Origin: Flavobacteriales bacterium
GTDB lineage: Bacteria; Bacteroidota; Bacteroidia; Flavobacteriales_F; PHOS-HE28
Length of the DNA: 64,000 nucleotides
Assembly (NCBI GenBank): GCA_016703005.1
Contig: JADJCX010000006.1
Coordinates: forward strand, 145,563 to 209,562
Direction of reading: 5' to 3'
Shown here: piece after piece, positions 36,382 to 47,927 of the stretch
How the letters are laid out: every line of letters starts with the position of its first letter
Position numbering within the stretch: the stretch's first letter is position 1
Notes under the pieces: model-generated
What the model saw: the letters and a program-made list of their open reading frames with translations, nothing else
Told to the model about the DNA's origin: nothing
The model's database searches: none
Position numbers and translations under genes: made by a program

Positions 36382-37062
36382 ATGAACCTGCTTTTGCGTG
36401 CATTGAGCTGGGTTTGGCCCATGCGTATAGCGCGGTACAACGGCCGTAGCGGGAACCTCGATGTGTGCTTCCAATACGGCCGCAAAGTTCTGAACACGGC
36501 CAACGCGAACCAGAGTTTTGGCAGCCTGCATACCGTTTGGCAGCGTGCTTTCTCGGCGATCGGGTTGAAGAAAAAGAAGCCGGGGTCCATGCTGTTGCTC
36601 GGCCTTGGTGCGGGCAGCGCGGTGCGCATCCTCCGGAAAGAACTGCGCTGCGCAGCACCGATCACCGCTGTGGAAGCTGATCCAATGATGGAACGGATCG
36701 CGCGGGAACACTTCGGCCTGAATGATGTGCCGGGCGTCACGGTGATCATCGCGGATGCATTCAACGTTCTTACAAGCCTGCCCGAGGCCTTTGACCTGGT
36801 GGTCGTGGACGTCTTCAACGATCATCTGATACCGGAGCAGTTGTCCGACCCCAAGCACCTGGGCCAATTGCTCGCCTTGACCAACCTCGGAGGGGACCTC
36901 CTCGTCAACACCATGGCCGTGGATGAAGCTTCAACCCGGCTGAGCGATGCGGTTCAGTTCGGCCTGCTCAGAAGCGGTGCGAAAGTCGAGGTGCTGAGAC
37001 CAATGCCTGAGAACAGGGTGATGTGGGTTGTGGGGGGCGGTGAGACGAAACGACCGGTTTGA
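36382..37062 (+). CDS. spermidine synthase-like SAM-dependent methyltransferase-fold protein
   Basis: ATG at 36382. Motifs: MLLLGLGAGSAVRIL, ITAVEADPMMERIAREHFGL and FDLVVVDVFND. Confidence 0.7.
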   Translation: MNLLLRALSWVWPMRIARYNGRSGNLDVCFQYGRKVLNTANANQSFGSLHTVWQRAFSAIGLKKKKPGSMLLLGLGAGSAVRILRKELRCAAPITAVEADPMMERIAREHFGLNDVPGVTVIIADAFNVLTSLPEAFDLVVVDVFNDHLIPEQLSDPKHLGQLLALTNLGGDLLVNTMAVDEASTRLSDAVQFGLLRSGAKVEVLRPMPENRVMWVVGGGETKRPV

Positions 37063-37118
37063 GCGTCCTACTTTCGCTGGCACGTTTTCTGACCCCTGCC
37101 CGCGCCCTATTGTTCCCC

Positions 37119-40100
37119 ATGAACGGACGCTACCGAACACTCCTGACATCCATCCTATTGTGCGCATTGCACGAGGGGATCGCGCAGTGTTCGATCTCAC
37201 TGGGTAACGATACAACGATCTGCCAAGGACAGAACGCGACGCTACTTGGTCCGCCGGGCTACACCAACTACAGTTGGAGCAACGGAGCGGGCACGCAGAA
37301 CATCACCGTAGGTGCTGCGGGTAACTATACATGCACTGTCAGCTACCCAACGGGGAATATTGTCACCAACGGCAACTTCAGCGCGGGCAATACCGGTTTC
37401 ACCAACCAGTTCAATCTGGCCCTCAACATGCAGCCGGAGCCCACTTACAACGTTGGCGCGAATGCGAACTGGTATCACCCGCAATGGCAGGGAACCGGCA
37501 ACGGCAACTTCCTCTTGATCAACGCCGGTTGGATGCATGGCGGCTGGAACGCTTGGTGCCAGACCATCCCCGTTTGCCCGAACCAGACCTATACGCTCGT
37601 GCTGCGTGCCATGAGCGTGGCCACCCAAGGAGCACCCATGCTCGATTGGGCGATAAATGGTGTTTCGCAGAACTACGCGATGCAGACCGCCGCAGCCCAA
37701 GGCTCATGGACGCTGTTCACCAACACCTGGACCAGCGGACCGGGCCAGTTCAGCGCTGACTTCTGCATTCGGGTGGTAAGCGGCTGGGGTGTGGGCAACG
37801 ACTTCGCCGTTGACGATATCAGCATCAGCAGCACCATTGTATTGAGCGACCAACAGCAGGTGTTCGTTACGCCGCTTCCTGTTGTGAACCTCGGCCTCGA
37901 CCAACTGGCCTGCACCGGTGATCTGATAACATTGAACGCCACCACGCCCGGCGCCACGTATCTCTGGCAGGACGGTAGTACCAACCCCACCTTCAACGTT
38001 ACTGGCGCAGGGATCTATGATGTGGACGTAACCGTGAACGGCTGCACGGGCACCGACGCCATCCAGTTCTGGTACAATCCCTACCCCGCTCTCGACCTCG
38101 GAAACGACACCACGCTATGCGCAGGGCAGACGTTGCCGATGAACATTTTCACCCCGGGCGCCACCTACCAATGGCAGAACGGAAGCGCGGCGCCGAGTTT
38201 CACGGCCACCGGACCGGGTACCTACGAGGTGGACCTTACACTGAACGGCTGTGTTTCGCAGGACACGATCATGGTAGCCTACAACCCGCTACCCGTCGTA
38301 ACACTGGGTAACGACACGACGCTTTGCGCCGGGGATCAGGTGCTGCTCGATGCGACCACGCCCGGTGGAGCATACGTCTGGCAGGACAACAGCACCGCAG
38401 CAACGTTCAACGTGACGGGTCCAGGCACTTACGATGTGGACGTTACGGTGAACGGATGCAGCGCGATCGATGCCGTTACCGTGACCTACAACCCGTTGCC
38501 AGCGTTCTATCTCGGCAACGACACTACCGTTTGTCCGGGTGAAGCAGTGACATGGGATGCGTCGGTCGCTGGGGCCACATATCTCTGGAACAACAACAGT
38601 ACTGGCGCCACACTAACGACAGCTGCAGTCGGCACATCGAGCGTAACGGTGACGCTGAACGGCTGCTCCGCCTCGGATGCCGCAACGCTGAGCAACTTCA
38701 GTTTACAGACGGTGAACCTTGGACCCGATGTGATAGCGTGCGCCGGTTCACCAGCAACCATCGGTGTGTCCGTTCCGGGTGCCAGCTATCTGTGGAGCAC
38801 TGGCCAATCCACCGACTCTATTTCCGTGGTTGCCACTGGCATGTATTGGGTTGAAGCAACGCTGAACGGCTGCGTGGTGCGCGATTCGGTGGAGGTCTCG
38901 TTAACACCACTCCCCCTCGTTGACCTTGGCCCGGACACCAGCCTATGCGACGGCACACTCATCTGGCTGGATGCAGTGTTACCGAATGCCACGTACCTGT
39001 GGAACGATGGCAGTACTGGTGGTACCCTGAACGCCGGTGCTGGAACGTGGAGCGTGCAAGTCACTGCGAATGGTTGCATCAACAGCGATACGATCGGCAT
39101 CGGATGGTTCGTCCCTCCTTTCATCGATCTGGGTGCGGACACAACATTGTGCCCGGGCCAAACCACACTGCTTAACGCGAGCTACCCGGGGGCCGCTTAC
39201 CTCTGGCAGGACGGAACTACTAACAGTACGCTTACGGCTTCGAGCCCGGGCAACTACAGTGTTCAAGTCACTGACATCTATGGCTGCACATATACTGACG
39301 ACATCGACGTAACGTTCGCGAATCCACAGGCCATCTTTCTGGGCAATGACACCACGATCTGTGCAGGAGCACAACTGGCGTTGGACGCAACGATCCCTGG
39401 AGCAAGTTATCTATGGAGCACCGGTGTGACCAGTCCATCGATCACAGTAAGTACCGCGAACAACTATTCGGTGGTGGTTACACAGGGTCAATGCACTGTG
39501 AGCGACGCGATAGTGGTTTCGATCGCACCGAACCCGAGCGTCACGCTTCCGAACGACACCACGCTCTGCGCCGGGGAAACACTGCTGCTCGACGCCACCA
39601 CGCCGAACGTCACCTACACGTGGCAGAACGGAAGCGCTGCGGCGACGTTCCTGGTCAACACAGGCGGTAACTACAGCGTGACCGTTACCAACGCCGCCGG
39701 TTGCACCGACAGCGATGCTATCACGGTGAACTATGCCGTTGCCGGCAGCATCGACTTAGGGAACGACACCAGCTTTTGTACAGGTGGTAGTGTTGTACTG
39801 GACGCCACGCTCGTCGGCAGCACTTACACATGGAGCACAGGAGCGACCAGCGCAACGATCACAGCGAACACCACGGGCACCTATTGGGTTGAAGCACTAC
39901 AAGGCAACTGTTCAGTGACGGATACGATCGTTGTGACGGTAAACGCAAACCCGAGCGTCACGCTTCCGAACGACACCACGCTCTGCGCCGGGGAAACACT
40001 GCTGCTCGACGCCACCACGCCGAACGTCACCTACACGTGGCAGAACGGAAGCGCTGCGGCGACGTTCCTGGTCAACACAGGCGGCAATTACAGCGTAACC

Positions 40101-42322
40101 GTCACCAACGCTGCGGGCTGTGCTGATAGTGATGCCATCACGGTGAACTATGCCATTGCCGGCAGCATCGACTTGGGTAACGACACCAGCTTCTGTACAG
40201 GTGGTAGTGTTGTGCTGGACGCCACGCTCGCCGGCAGCACTTACACATGGAGCACTGGTGCGACCAGCGCAACGATCACAGCGAACACCACGGGCACCTA
40301 TTGGGTTGAAGCACTACAAGGCAACTGTTCAGTGACGGATACGATCGTTGTGACGGTAAACGCAAACCCGAGCGTCACGCTTCCGAACGACACCACGCTC
40401 TGCGCCGGGGAAACACTGCTGCTCGACGCCACCACGCCGAACGTCACCTACACGTGGCAGAACGGAAGCGCTGCGGCGACGTTCCTGGTCAACACAGGCG
40501 GTAACTACAGCGTGACCGTTACCAACGCCGCCGGTTGCACCGACAGCGATGCTATCACGGTGAACTATGCCGTTGCCGGCAGCATCGACTTAGGGAACGA
40601 CACCAGCTTTTGTGCAGGTGGCGGTGTTCTGTTGGACGCCACGCTCGCCGGCAGCACTTACACATGGAGCACTGGTGCGACCAACGCGACGATCACAGCG
40701 AACACCACGGGCACCTATTGGGTTGAAGCACTACAAGGCAACTGCTCCGTGACGGATACGATCGTTGTGACGGTAAACGCAAACCCGAGCGTCACGCTTC
40801 CGAACGACACCACGCTCTGCGCCGGGAAACACTGCTGCTCGACGCCACCACGCCGAACGTCACCTACACGTGGCAGAACGGAAGCGCTGCGGCGACGTTC
40901 CTGGTCAACACAGGCGGCAATTACAGCGTAACCGTCACCAACGCTGCGGGCTGTGCTGATAGTGATGCCATCACGGTGAACTATGCCATTGCCGGCAGCA
41001 TCGACTTGGGTAACGACACCAGCTTCTGTACAGGTGGTAGTGTTGTGCTGGACGCCACGCTCGTCGGCAGCACTTACACATGGAGCACAGGGGCGACCAG
41101 CGCAACGATCACGGCCAACGCATCGGGGACATACTGGGTGGAAGCTCTTCAAGGCAATTGCACAGTATCCGATACGATCGATATTTCCGTCAACGCCAAC
41201 CCCAGCGTAACGCTCCCTAACGACACTACGCTGTGTACAGGCTCAGTCCTGCTCCTCGACGCGACCACCTCCGGCGTCGCCTACGAATGGCAGAACGGAA
41301 GTACCGCCGCGACCTTTCTCGTTAACACCGCAGGGAGCTACGGCGTTACCGTTACCGACGGGAATGGTTGTGTGGATAATGATGGTCTTGTGGTCAACTA
41401 CTTCACCCCAGGGTCGGTGGATCTCGGCGTGGACACGGCCATCTGCCCCGGCGGCATCATGTTGTTATCCGTATCGCTACCCGGTGCAGCCTACCTCTGG
41501 AGCACCGGGGCGACCACCAACTCGATCACGGTGAGCGCCGCCGGTTCATATTGGGTGCAAGCCGGAGCGCCCGGTTGCCTGAGTTCCGATACGATCGGGA
41601 TCGCAGCGGTTCCGCTGGTTCAACCGGACCTCGGGGCGGATGTATCAGCATGCTCCGGCGACACGGTCCAACTCAGTGTGATCACGGGTGGCGCAAGCGT
41701 GCTCTGGAGCGATGGTAGCACCGGCAATGCAACGAGTACCACCGCAACGGGTACCGTCAGCGTCCAGCTGACCATGGATGGATGCACCACTTCCGATGAA
41801 GTGGATGTGGAATTCATTCCGTTCATGGATAGTTTGAGCATCGGTCCTGATGTAGCGCATTGCCCCGGGGAGCCGCTACAATTGACTGCACCGATATCAG
41901 GCGTTACATACGATTGGAGCACCGGACAAGTCTCCCCAACGATCACCATCACCGAACTCGGAACCTACTGGGTGGAAGTGACCGGCTCCTGCGTAAGCGC
42001 CATTGACACCATCGTGATCACGCTGGGCGATTGTGGCCTGTTCGTCCATGTGCCGAACACTTTCACTCCCGATGGCGATGGCACGAACGAATCATTTGCG
42101 GCGATCGTTACCGGGGAGTTCATTGAGTACACGTTCACCGTGTTCGACCGCTGGGGCGAACCGATCTGGAAGACCAGTGATACCGGTGCATCATGGAACG
42201 GTGAATATGGAGGTACCCAAGCCCCGGATGGCGTTTACACCTGGACCATCCACTACAAAGCGACAACACCCGCCGGCATCAAGCAGGAGCGCTTGATCGG
42301 CCACGTTACGCTTCTTCGATAG
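37119..42322 (+). pseudogene. giant T9SS (type B CTD) surface protein made of about 21 tandem modules of roughly 70 aa; frameshifted
   Basis: ATG at 37119 with a signal peptide. Modules follow the pattern LGNDTT.C.G....LDA..PGA.Y.W..GS......V...G.Y.V.V...GC...D.I.V. A jelly-roll-like insert lies after module 1. The C-terminus HVPNTFTPDGDGTNE...FDRWGE...W.G...G...P.GVY is a gliding-motility type B CTD. The frame breaks at the GGG run 40824-40826, where the other repeat copies have GGGG. Confidence 0.85.
39531..41197 (+). repeat. four tandem copies of a 417-bp (139-codon, two-module) coding repeat
   Basis: Unit starts are at 39531, 39948, 40365 and 40782, an exact 417-bp period. The first 145 nt or so are identical in all copies apart from the one missing G in copy 4. 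The last 110 nt or so of copy 4 diverge. Confidence 0.9.
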
Positions 42323-42327
42323 CCGGT

Positions 42328-44460
42328 TCAACGCGCTGCGTCGAAGCCTTCTTCCTTCCAGATCGTCTTGACTTCCGGTAAGCGGATATATGCGAAGCGT
42401 TGGTTGCGCTCAACCTTCACAACACCCATTTCAAGTAACGTCAATGATGCGTACGTGCACGGCACGACCACAACACCCGACGGGCTGATCAAACCGGTTC
42501 CTTCAGCGGTCGTGGCCATGAAATATCCCTGCCCAACGGGAGTCAACTGCTGGTATCCGGCTTTCATCAATTCCTTGCCCGTGCTATCCACCAGCAGGAA
42601 CACGCCGCCGACGTTCACGCGGGCAACACCGTTCTCGAAGTCCCATGCTTGATCATACTTCGCCTCGGTGATGGCTTTGGCGTTCCGATCAACAAAGGCC
42701 CATTTCGTCTTCTTCTTCACGGCAATGCCCCACGATGTGTATCCACCGATGTCGGCATACTCGCACGGCAAAAGGGTGCTGCCCGTGGTAGTTATCGCTC
42801 CGTGCTTGCCCTTCAACCGCACTTCCGCGTGATCGTTCATGAAATCGCCCCACGTGTTCACGCCTTCAACGGCTTCATACTTCTGAGCAATGGCGAACCG
42901 GCCCTTGCGGTCAACATACCCGCACTTAGCACCGTCCACGACGAGCGCCAATCCGCTTTTGAACGCGCCAATATGATCGTGCTCCGCAGCCAGGATCACC
43001 TCCCCGAACGGACCGATGAGCCCCACATTTCCATTCAACCAAACCCTGCTGATACCCTCTGCATAACCTTCCACGCGATCGAACTGACAGGCCACCACAC
43101 TATCCCCTTTCGCATTGATCGCCCCGGCGCGCCCGAAGCGTTCAACGACGGCCAGCCCGCCTTGGAATGTTGATGCGTTATCGAACGTGAACGGGATCGC
43201 GATGGTGCCGTCTGGTTTGATGAAGCCATACCGATCGTCCTTCGCGGCGTAGGCCAGTCCATCCACGAAATCGCCGATCTCGTCGTACTCCATGGCCACC
43301 ACCACATTGCCTTTGCGGTCACAAACGCCCATGCGCTCATTCCGCTCGACTATGTACAGGCCTTGACCGCCATCCTGTACATCGTCGTATTGCACGGCCA
43401 CCACCTCCCCGCCTTGTTTGTTGATCGTGCCCACCAGCCCATTGCGTTCCACCAGTGCCTGGTCCTTCACGAAGGCTTCCACCCATGTATAGACGGCCTT
43501 GATGCGCTCCGTGCCCGTGTAGTCTATGAACCCCCAAAGGCTGTCTTTGCGGAAGGGCAACAAACGCATACTGGCGATCTTGAAGTCGGCGGCCAGCTCT
43601 TCGATGAACGGATAGTCCGGATAGGTTTTGAGGAATTCCGTGATCGACGCGGCTGACAAGTCACGGGTGCTGCTGGCATACAATGTCCGCCAAGCATCAG
43701 GCACCCGCGCGTTCATCGGATAACGCTTGATGAAGGCATGGTACTCGGCGCCGGTTCCGTGCGGAACGCTTAGTCGATAGATCTCATCCTCGGCATTCTT
43801 CAAATACGGGCTTTCCGGATGCTCCACCATGAACCGTTCGTACGATTCGATGCTCCCGTCAAGAGTGTTCTCCCGGAACACCGATCCCTGCAAACGCGTC
43901 CTGGCCTCGTGCACTTGGCGTGCATCCGGATAGCGTTCGATGAAAGAGGCATAAGCCAAGCTGCTGTTCACCGACCGGGCTTCCTGATAGGCCAAGTGAT
44001 CCCGGACCAACTTGGCTTCGCCTGCATGTACACTGAACAAGAAAGTCGCCATGTACCGTTCGTAGGCCGCGATGGTGTTCACCTTGGTAGTGAGATCCCA
44101 AGCGGCATCACCGATCAGTGTTCTCTGGGCCACGATCGCATCATGGTCCACACCGAACTGCTTTACAAAGACCCGCTCTTTGTCTGGCGCCCCGGTGAAG
44201 GCAGCATCGGCCTTCTGTATGAAGGTATAGGCCGAATCCAACTGGTAGAAGGGATTGTCCGCGCGTGCCGAGATCACGCTGAGGCCATACCACGCAGCGC
44301 TGGGGTGCTTTCCGGTCTGGCTTTGGAACAGCGTGCGTGCCTTGAAGTAGTCGTGAAGAGCAAGCGCGTCAAAGCCCTTCTCCAATTTCCCCGCCACGAC
44401 CTGACCGGCACAGGTCAAAAACACTACGCAGCACACCAACGATCGGGAAGCACTTTTCAT
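42328..44460 (-). CDS. WG-repeat (KWG-type) protein with an N-terminal helical-repeat region
   Basis: ATG at 44460 with signal peptide MKSASRSLVCCVVFLTCAGQ. Repeated Y..F...YP helical motifs are followed by at least eight WG units, for example LWGFIDYTGTERI, YGFIKPDGTIAI, CGYVDRKGRFAI and KWAFVDRNAKAI. Confidence 0.82.
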   Translation of the reverse strand: MKSASRSLVCCVVFLTCAGQVVAGKLEKGFDALALHDYFKARTLFQSQTGKHPSAAWYGLSVISARADNPFYQLDSAYTFIQKADAAFTGAPDKERVFVKQFGVDHDAIVAQRTLIGDAAWDLTTKVNTIAAYERYMATFLFSVHAGEAKLVRDHLAYQEARSVNSSLAYASFIERYPDARQVHEARTRLQGSVFRENTLDGSIESYERFMVEHPESPYLKNAEDEIYRLSVPHGTGAEYHAFIKRYPMNARVPDAWRTLYASSTRDLSAASITEFLKTYPDYPFIEELAADFKIASMRLLPFRKDSLWGFIDYTGTERIKAVYTWVEAFVKDQALVERNGLVGTINKQGGEVVAVQYDDVQDGGQGLYIVERNERMGVCDRKGNVVVAMEYDEIGDFVDGLAYAAKDDRYGFIKPDGTIAIPFTFDNASTFQGGLAVVERFGRAGAINAKGDSVVACQFDRVEGYAEGISRVWLNGNVGLIGPFGEVILAAEHDHIGAFKSGLALVVDGAKCGYVDRKGRFAIAQKYEAVEGVNTWGDFMNDHAEVRLKGKHGAITTTGSTLLPCEYADIGGYTSWGIAVKKKTKWAFVDRNAKAITEAKYDQAWDFENGVARVNVGGVFLLVDSTGKELMKAGYQQLTPVGQGYFMATTAEGTGLISPSGVVVVPCTYASLTLLEMGVVKVERNQRFAYIRLPEVKTIWKEEGFDAAR

Positions 44461-44528
44461 GGAGCGCGAAACTACCTGTGCCCATTGCCCACCGCGCTGC
44501 ACCTTTGTGCCCCGCTGCCGACCGGCAC

Positions 44529-46859
44529 ATGTTGATGGAGGATCGAATTGCCCGCTTTGAACGCCTGCTAACACGGCGCAACGCTTGGCGCGCGCTTCTG
44601 GTGCTCTTGGTCCTTACCGTGCCTGCGCTGTTCGCCTTGCGGAACTTGCGGCTCGATCACGACTTCGAGAAGTTCTTCCCGCAGGAGGACCCCGAACTGG
44701 ACCACTACCTCGAGTTCCGGGCGCGGTTCGGGAACGACAACGACTACGTGCTGTTCGGGGTGCCCAACAAGCCGACGGTCTTTGACCGCGATTTTCTGGT
44801 GCGGGTGGATACCATGGCCGTGCGACTTGGCCGGGTCCCCGATGTGATGTCCGTGGCCTCTCCCACCCGTTTGGATGAACCGCGTATCTCGCCAGCAGGT
44901 GTGTTCCAAATACCCTGGCTCCGGGTCGATCATGACTCAACACTTGCGGCCGATAGCGCGCGCATTTGGCAAGACAGCCGGATAAGGGAGCATTTCTTCA
45001 ATGCTGACGCAAGCGCGCTGATGGTGCTGATCACCACAGCGCCTGGCCTGAGCAAAGCCCGCACCGATAGTGTGCTCGTAGCGATCGATACAGCGGTGAT
45101 GTCCTCGGGTCTGCCGGATGTGAAACGTGCCGGTCGGGTGCATGGTCAACATCACTACATCGCCCTGATGGAGCGCGAACTCGCGACCTTCTTTATCAGT
45201 TCGGTGATCCTCCTCACCATCTTTCTGTTCCTCGCTTTCCGCACAGGCTGGGGCGTCGGTGCGCCCATCGCAGTCGTGGGCCTTACGGTCATTTGGCAAG
45301 TGGCCATGATGACAGCCATGGGCAAGCCGCTCAGCATTCTCACGATGTTACTGCCCACCATCCTCTTCGTGGTAGGAATGAGCGATGCAGTGCACATCAT
45401 TGAGCGCTACATCGAAGCGTTGCGAGATGGACATCGGAAAGAACGTGCACTGGCCATCACGTTCGCCGAGACGGGTCTCAGCACGTTCATCACAATGCTC
45501 ACCACGGCCATTGGCTATGCAACGCTGATCACCAGCGGGATACAACCCATGAGCGAATTCGGGCTGTTCACCTCGCTCGGGGTTTTCCTAGCCTATGTGC
45601 TGGCCTTCACGCTGCTCCCGGCAGTGCTATTGCTGGTGCCGACACCTGTGCGAGCCGAGCATGCTGTGCGAGCATCCCTTTGGGATCGCAAAGTGCACGG
45701 ACTATTGCGGTTCACGCTGCGGAACAGAAAGAGCATCCTCCTCGCATGTCTCGCCGTAACGCTGGTCAGTGCCGCGTTCATCCCTCGCATCAAGGTGAAC
45801 AACTTCCTCTTGGAGGATTTGCCGAACAGCGACCCGCACAAGCAGGACTTCCTGTGGTTCGAACGCGACTTCGGCGGTGTGCGATCGTTCGAACTGGAGA
45901 TCGCCGTGATGGACACCACTCGCGACATCTGGGATCTTGCCGTTCTGCGCGAGATCGAAAAGGTGCAACGCTTCGCTGAAGATGCTTATGGTGTTGGTGC
46001 GATCGTGAGCCCGGTGTCGATCATGTGTGCTTTGAACAAAGCCGACAACGGTGGTTCGCCAGCATTCGACAAGTTGCCACCCGACGACGCTACCGCCCAA
46101 AAACTAGCCCGGCGCGCCAAACTCTTCGGTGGCAGGGATGGTTTATCCTCGATCGTTACCGCCGATGGCAAACATGCCCGACTTACCGGCCGCATGGTGG
46201 ATGAGGGAGGTTGGGTACACAAGCGGAAGAATGCGTTGCTCAGGCCCTTCATCGCCGACCATGTCGATCCCGCTCTCGTCAGCTTCAAGCAGACCGGCAT
46301 GGCCTACCTCATCGATCGCAACAACGAGCGCCTGAGCCGACAGCTGATCCTGAGCCTTGGGCTCAGCTTCGTGCTCATTGCCGGGATCATGGTCTGGCTG
46401 TTCCGCGAACCACGCATGGTGCTGATCGCCCTTTTGCCCAACGTCGTTCCCATGTTCTTCATCGCGGGTATCATGGGGCTGTTCGGTATCGACCTGAAGG
46501 TGAGCACGGCCATCATCTTCAGCAACGCGTTCGGCATTGCAGTGGACGATACGATCCACCTCTTGGGAAAGCTGCGTATCGAGTTGAACAAGGGCAAGAC
46601 GCTTGCGTACGCGATGAAACGCACGTACCTCAGCGGCGGCAAGGCGGTCATTGTCATGAGCATCATGCTGTGCGCAGGCTTCATTACGTTGATCGCTTCC
46701 GATTTCGGCAGTGTATTCTACATGGGACTGCTCATCAGCATCACATTGGCCGTGGCATTGCTGGCGGAGTTATTCCTGCTGCCCGTGCTTGTGATGCTCT
46801 TCATGAAACGCAGACCGACCAAGCCGCCGGTTGCGATCTTGGAAACACACTTGTCATGA
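44529..46859 (+). CDS. MMPL/RND-superfamily exporter (HpnN-like, sterol-sensing-domain type)
   Basis: ATG at 44529. There are two 6-TM bundles, each preceded by a large loop. Motifs GMSDAVHIIERY and AFGIAVDDTIHLL are typical of MMPL-type transporters. Confidence 0.82.
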   Translation: MLMEDRIARFERLLTRRNAWRALLVLLVLTVPALFALRNLRLDHDFEKFFPQEDPELDHYLEFRARFGNDNDYVLFGVPNKPTVFDRDFLVRVDTMAVRLGRVPDVMSVASPTRLDEPRISPAGVFQIPWLRVDHDSTLAADSARIWQDSRIREHFFNADASALMVLITTAPGLSKARTDSVLVAIDTAVMSSGLPDVKRAGRVHGQHHYIALMERELATFFISSVILLTIFLFLAFRTGWGVGAPIAVVGLTVIWQVAMMTAMGKPLSILTMLLPTILFVVGMSDAVHIIERYIEALRDGHRKERALAITFAETGLSTFITMLTTAIGYATLITSGIQPMSEFGLFTSLGVFLAYVLAFTLLPAVLLLVPTPVRAEHAVRASLWDRKVHGLLRFTLRNRKSILLACLAVTLVSAAFIPRIKVNNFLLEDLPNSDPHKQDFLWFERDFGGVRSFELEIAVMDTTRDIWDLAVLREIEKVQRFAEDAYGVGAIVSPVSIMCALNKADNGGSPAFDKLPPDDATAQKLARRAKLFGGRDGLSSIVTADGKHARLTGRMVDEGGWVHKRKNALLRPFIADHVDPALVSFKQTGMAYLIDRNNERLSRQLILSLGLSFVLIAGIMVWLFREPRMVLIALLPNVVPMFFIAGIMGLFGIDLKVSTAIIFSNAFGIAVDDTIHLLGKLRIELNKGKTLAYAMKRTYLSGGKAVIVMSIMLCAGFITLIASDFGSVFYMGLLISITLAVALLAELFLLPVLVMLFMKRRPTKPPVAILETHLS

Positions 46860-46926
46860 GCCCATGAGCCAGCATGTGCGCGCTGGAACATGGACAGACA
46901 GCTACTTACCGATGTGCACGAACGCA

Positions 46927-46952
46927 GAAGCGGGGCTGATCAGCCCCGCTTC
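46927..46952. terminator. perfect 11-bp hairpin between convergent genes (candidate bidirectional terminator)
   Basis: GAAGCGGGGCT-GATC-AGCCCCGCTTC. It lies between the MMPL stop (46859) and the minus-strand stop at 46979. There is no U-tract on either side. Confidence 0.45.
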
Positions 46953-46978
46953 CGACAATTCAATTCAACCGATCGGGT

Positions 46979-47707
46979 TCACTGCAACTCGTCGTACTGG
47001 AGTTTGTATTCCGGATCTTCCATGAAGTGATCCTTGCCCTTCTCGATCACCGCCTTCGCCTCCTCCTTCATGCCTTTCGCGTTCAAGTACATGCTGTACT
47101 GGATCAACGCGGTCTTCAACAGCTTCTTCTGGTCCTCGGGTAAGGTGCCGATGTCACCCACGCCGGCCATGGCCGTGTCGAATGACTTCATGTTCAGATC
47201 ACCTTCCTTTGCCAAGTTGGTATTGTACTGGCACAGCGCGAGCATCACCCATGCCCCTGGGTTCTCGGGATAGTAGCTCGTCATCGCATCGAACAGCTGC
47301 TTGGCTTTGCTCCACTCTTTCGCATCGAAGTGGTTGATACCTTTTTCCTGGGCCATGGAGTTGAGGTCGGTCCAGTAATCGTCGTAATTGCTGAAGAACT
47401 CTTTGTCCTTGTCCTTCTTACGGTACTTCTCCGCATACTTCAGCGCCTCTCGGTCGGCCTTCTTGTACTCATCCAAGGCCGTGAACTTCTCGATCTTGCT
47501 CATCTCGTAGTAGCACATGCTGGCATACAGGTAGGGCATGGGATCCTTCTTGGTCGCATCGCTCTCCGTGTAGCCGATGGCCTTGAACAGGCACTTCTCG
47601 TAGTTCTCGTCCACGAAGGCGGCAAGCAGGTCCTCGTAAACGTGCTTCTGGGCAAAGGCCGGGACCATTGCGGTGAGCAGGAGGGATAGGGTAAGAATGC
47701 GTTTCAT
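46979..47707 (-). CDS. secreted helical (TPR-like) hypothetical protein
   Basis: ATG at 47707 with signal peptide [20 protein letters not shown]. It is Lys/Glu/Tyr-rich and helical. The long N-terminal extension in the ORF track is rejected. Confidence 0.7.
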   Translation of the reverse strand: MKRILTLSLLLTAMVPAFAQKHVYEDLLAAFVDENYEKCLFKAIGYTESDATKKDPMPYLYASMCYYEMSKIEKFTALDEYKKADREALKYAEKYRKKDKDKEFFSNYDDYWTDLNSMAQEKGINHFDAKEWSKAKQLFDAMTSYYPENPGAWVMLALCQYNTNLAKEGDLNMKSFDTAMAGVGDIGTLPEDQKKLLKTALIQYSMYLNAKGMKEEAKAVIEKGKDHFMEDPEYKLQYDELQ

Positions 47708-47927
47708 GTGTCTCATCCCGATATGTCGGGGCGTTTGGGTTTCTGGGTGGCGGGGGCCGGTTTCCAAGAACGATGCCGAAGGTAGAAGGCGTGCAAGATG
47801 TGAAGATGTGCGAGATATGGAAATCCATGGGTCGGGCGTACCACGATCTCCATACACCCCGCACCTTTGGCTGGCCGCACCTACCATCGGGTCATCTTCG
47901 CATTCCCACATTTCCACATCTGCACTT

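Noticed and set aside
37059-37118. TTG start at 37059 for the giant adhesin, overlapping the upstream gene stop.
   Set aside because: The ATG at 37119 is followed directly by a normal signal peptide (MNGRYRTLLTSILLCALHEGIAQ). The TTG-initiated extension adds 20 non-signal residues.
39531-41197. Regular 417-bp repeats considered as a CRISPR-like or satellite array.
   Set aside because: The repeats are entirely within one reading frame, encode protein modules and have no unique spacers. They are coding tandem duplications.
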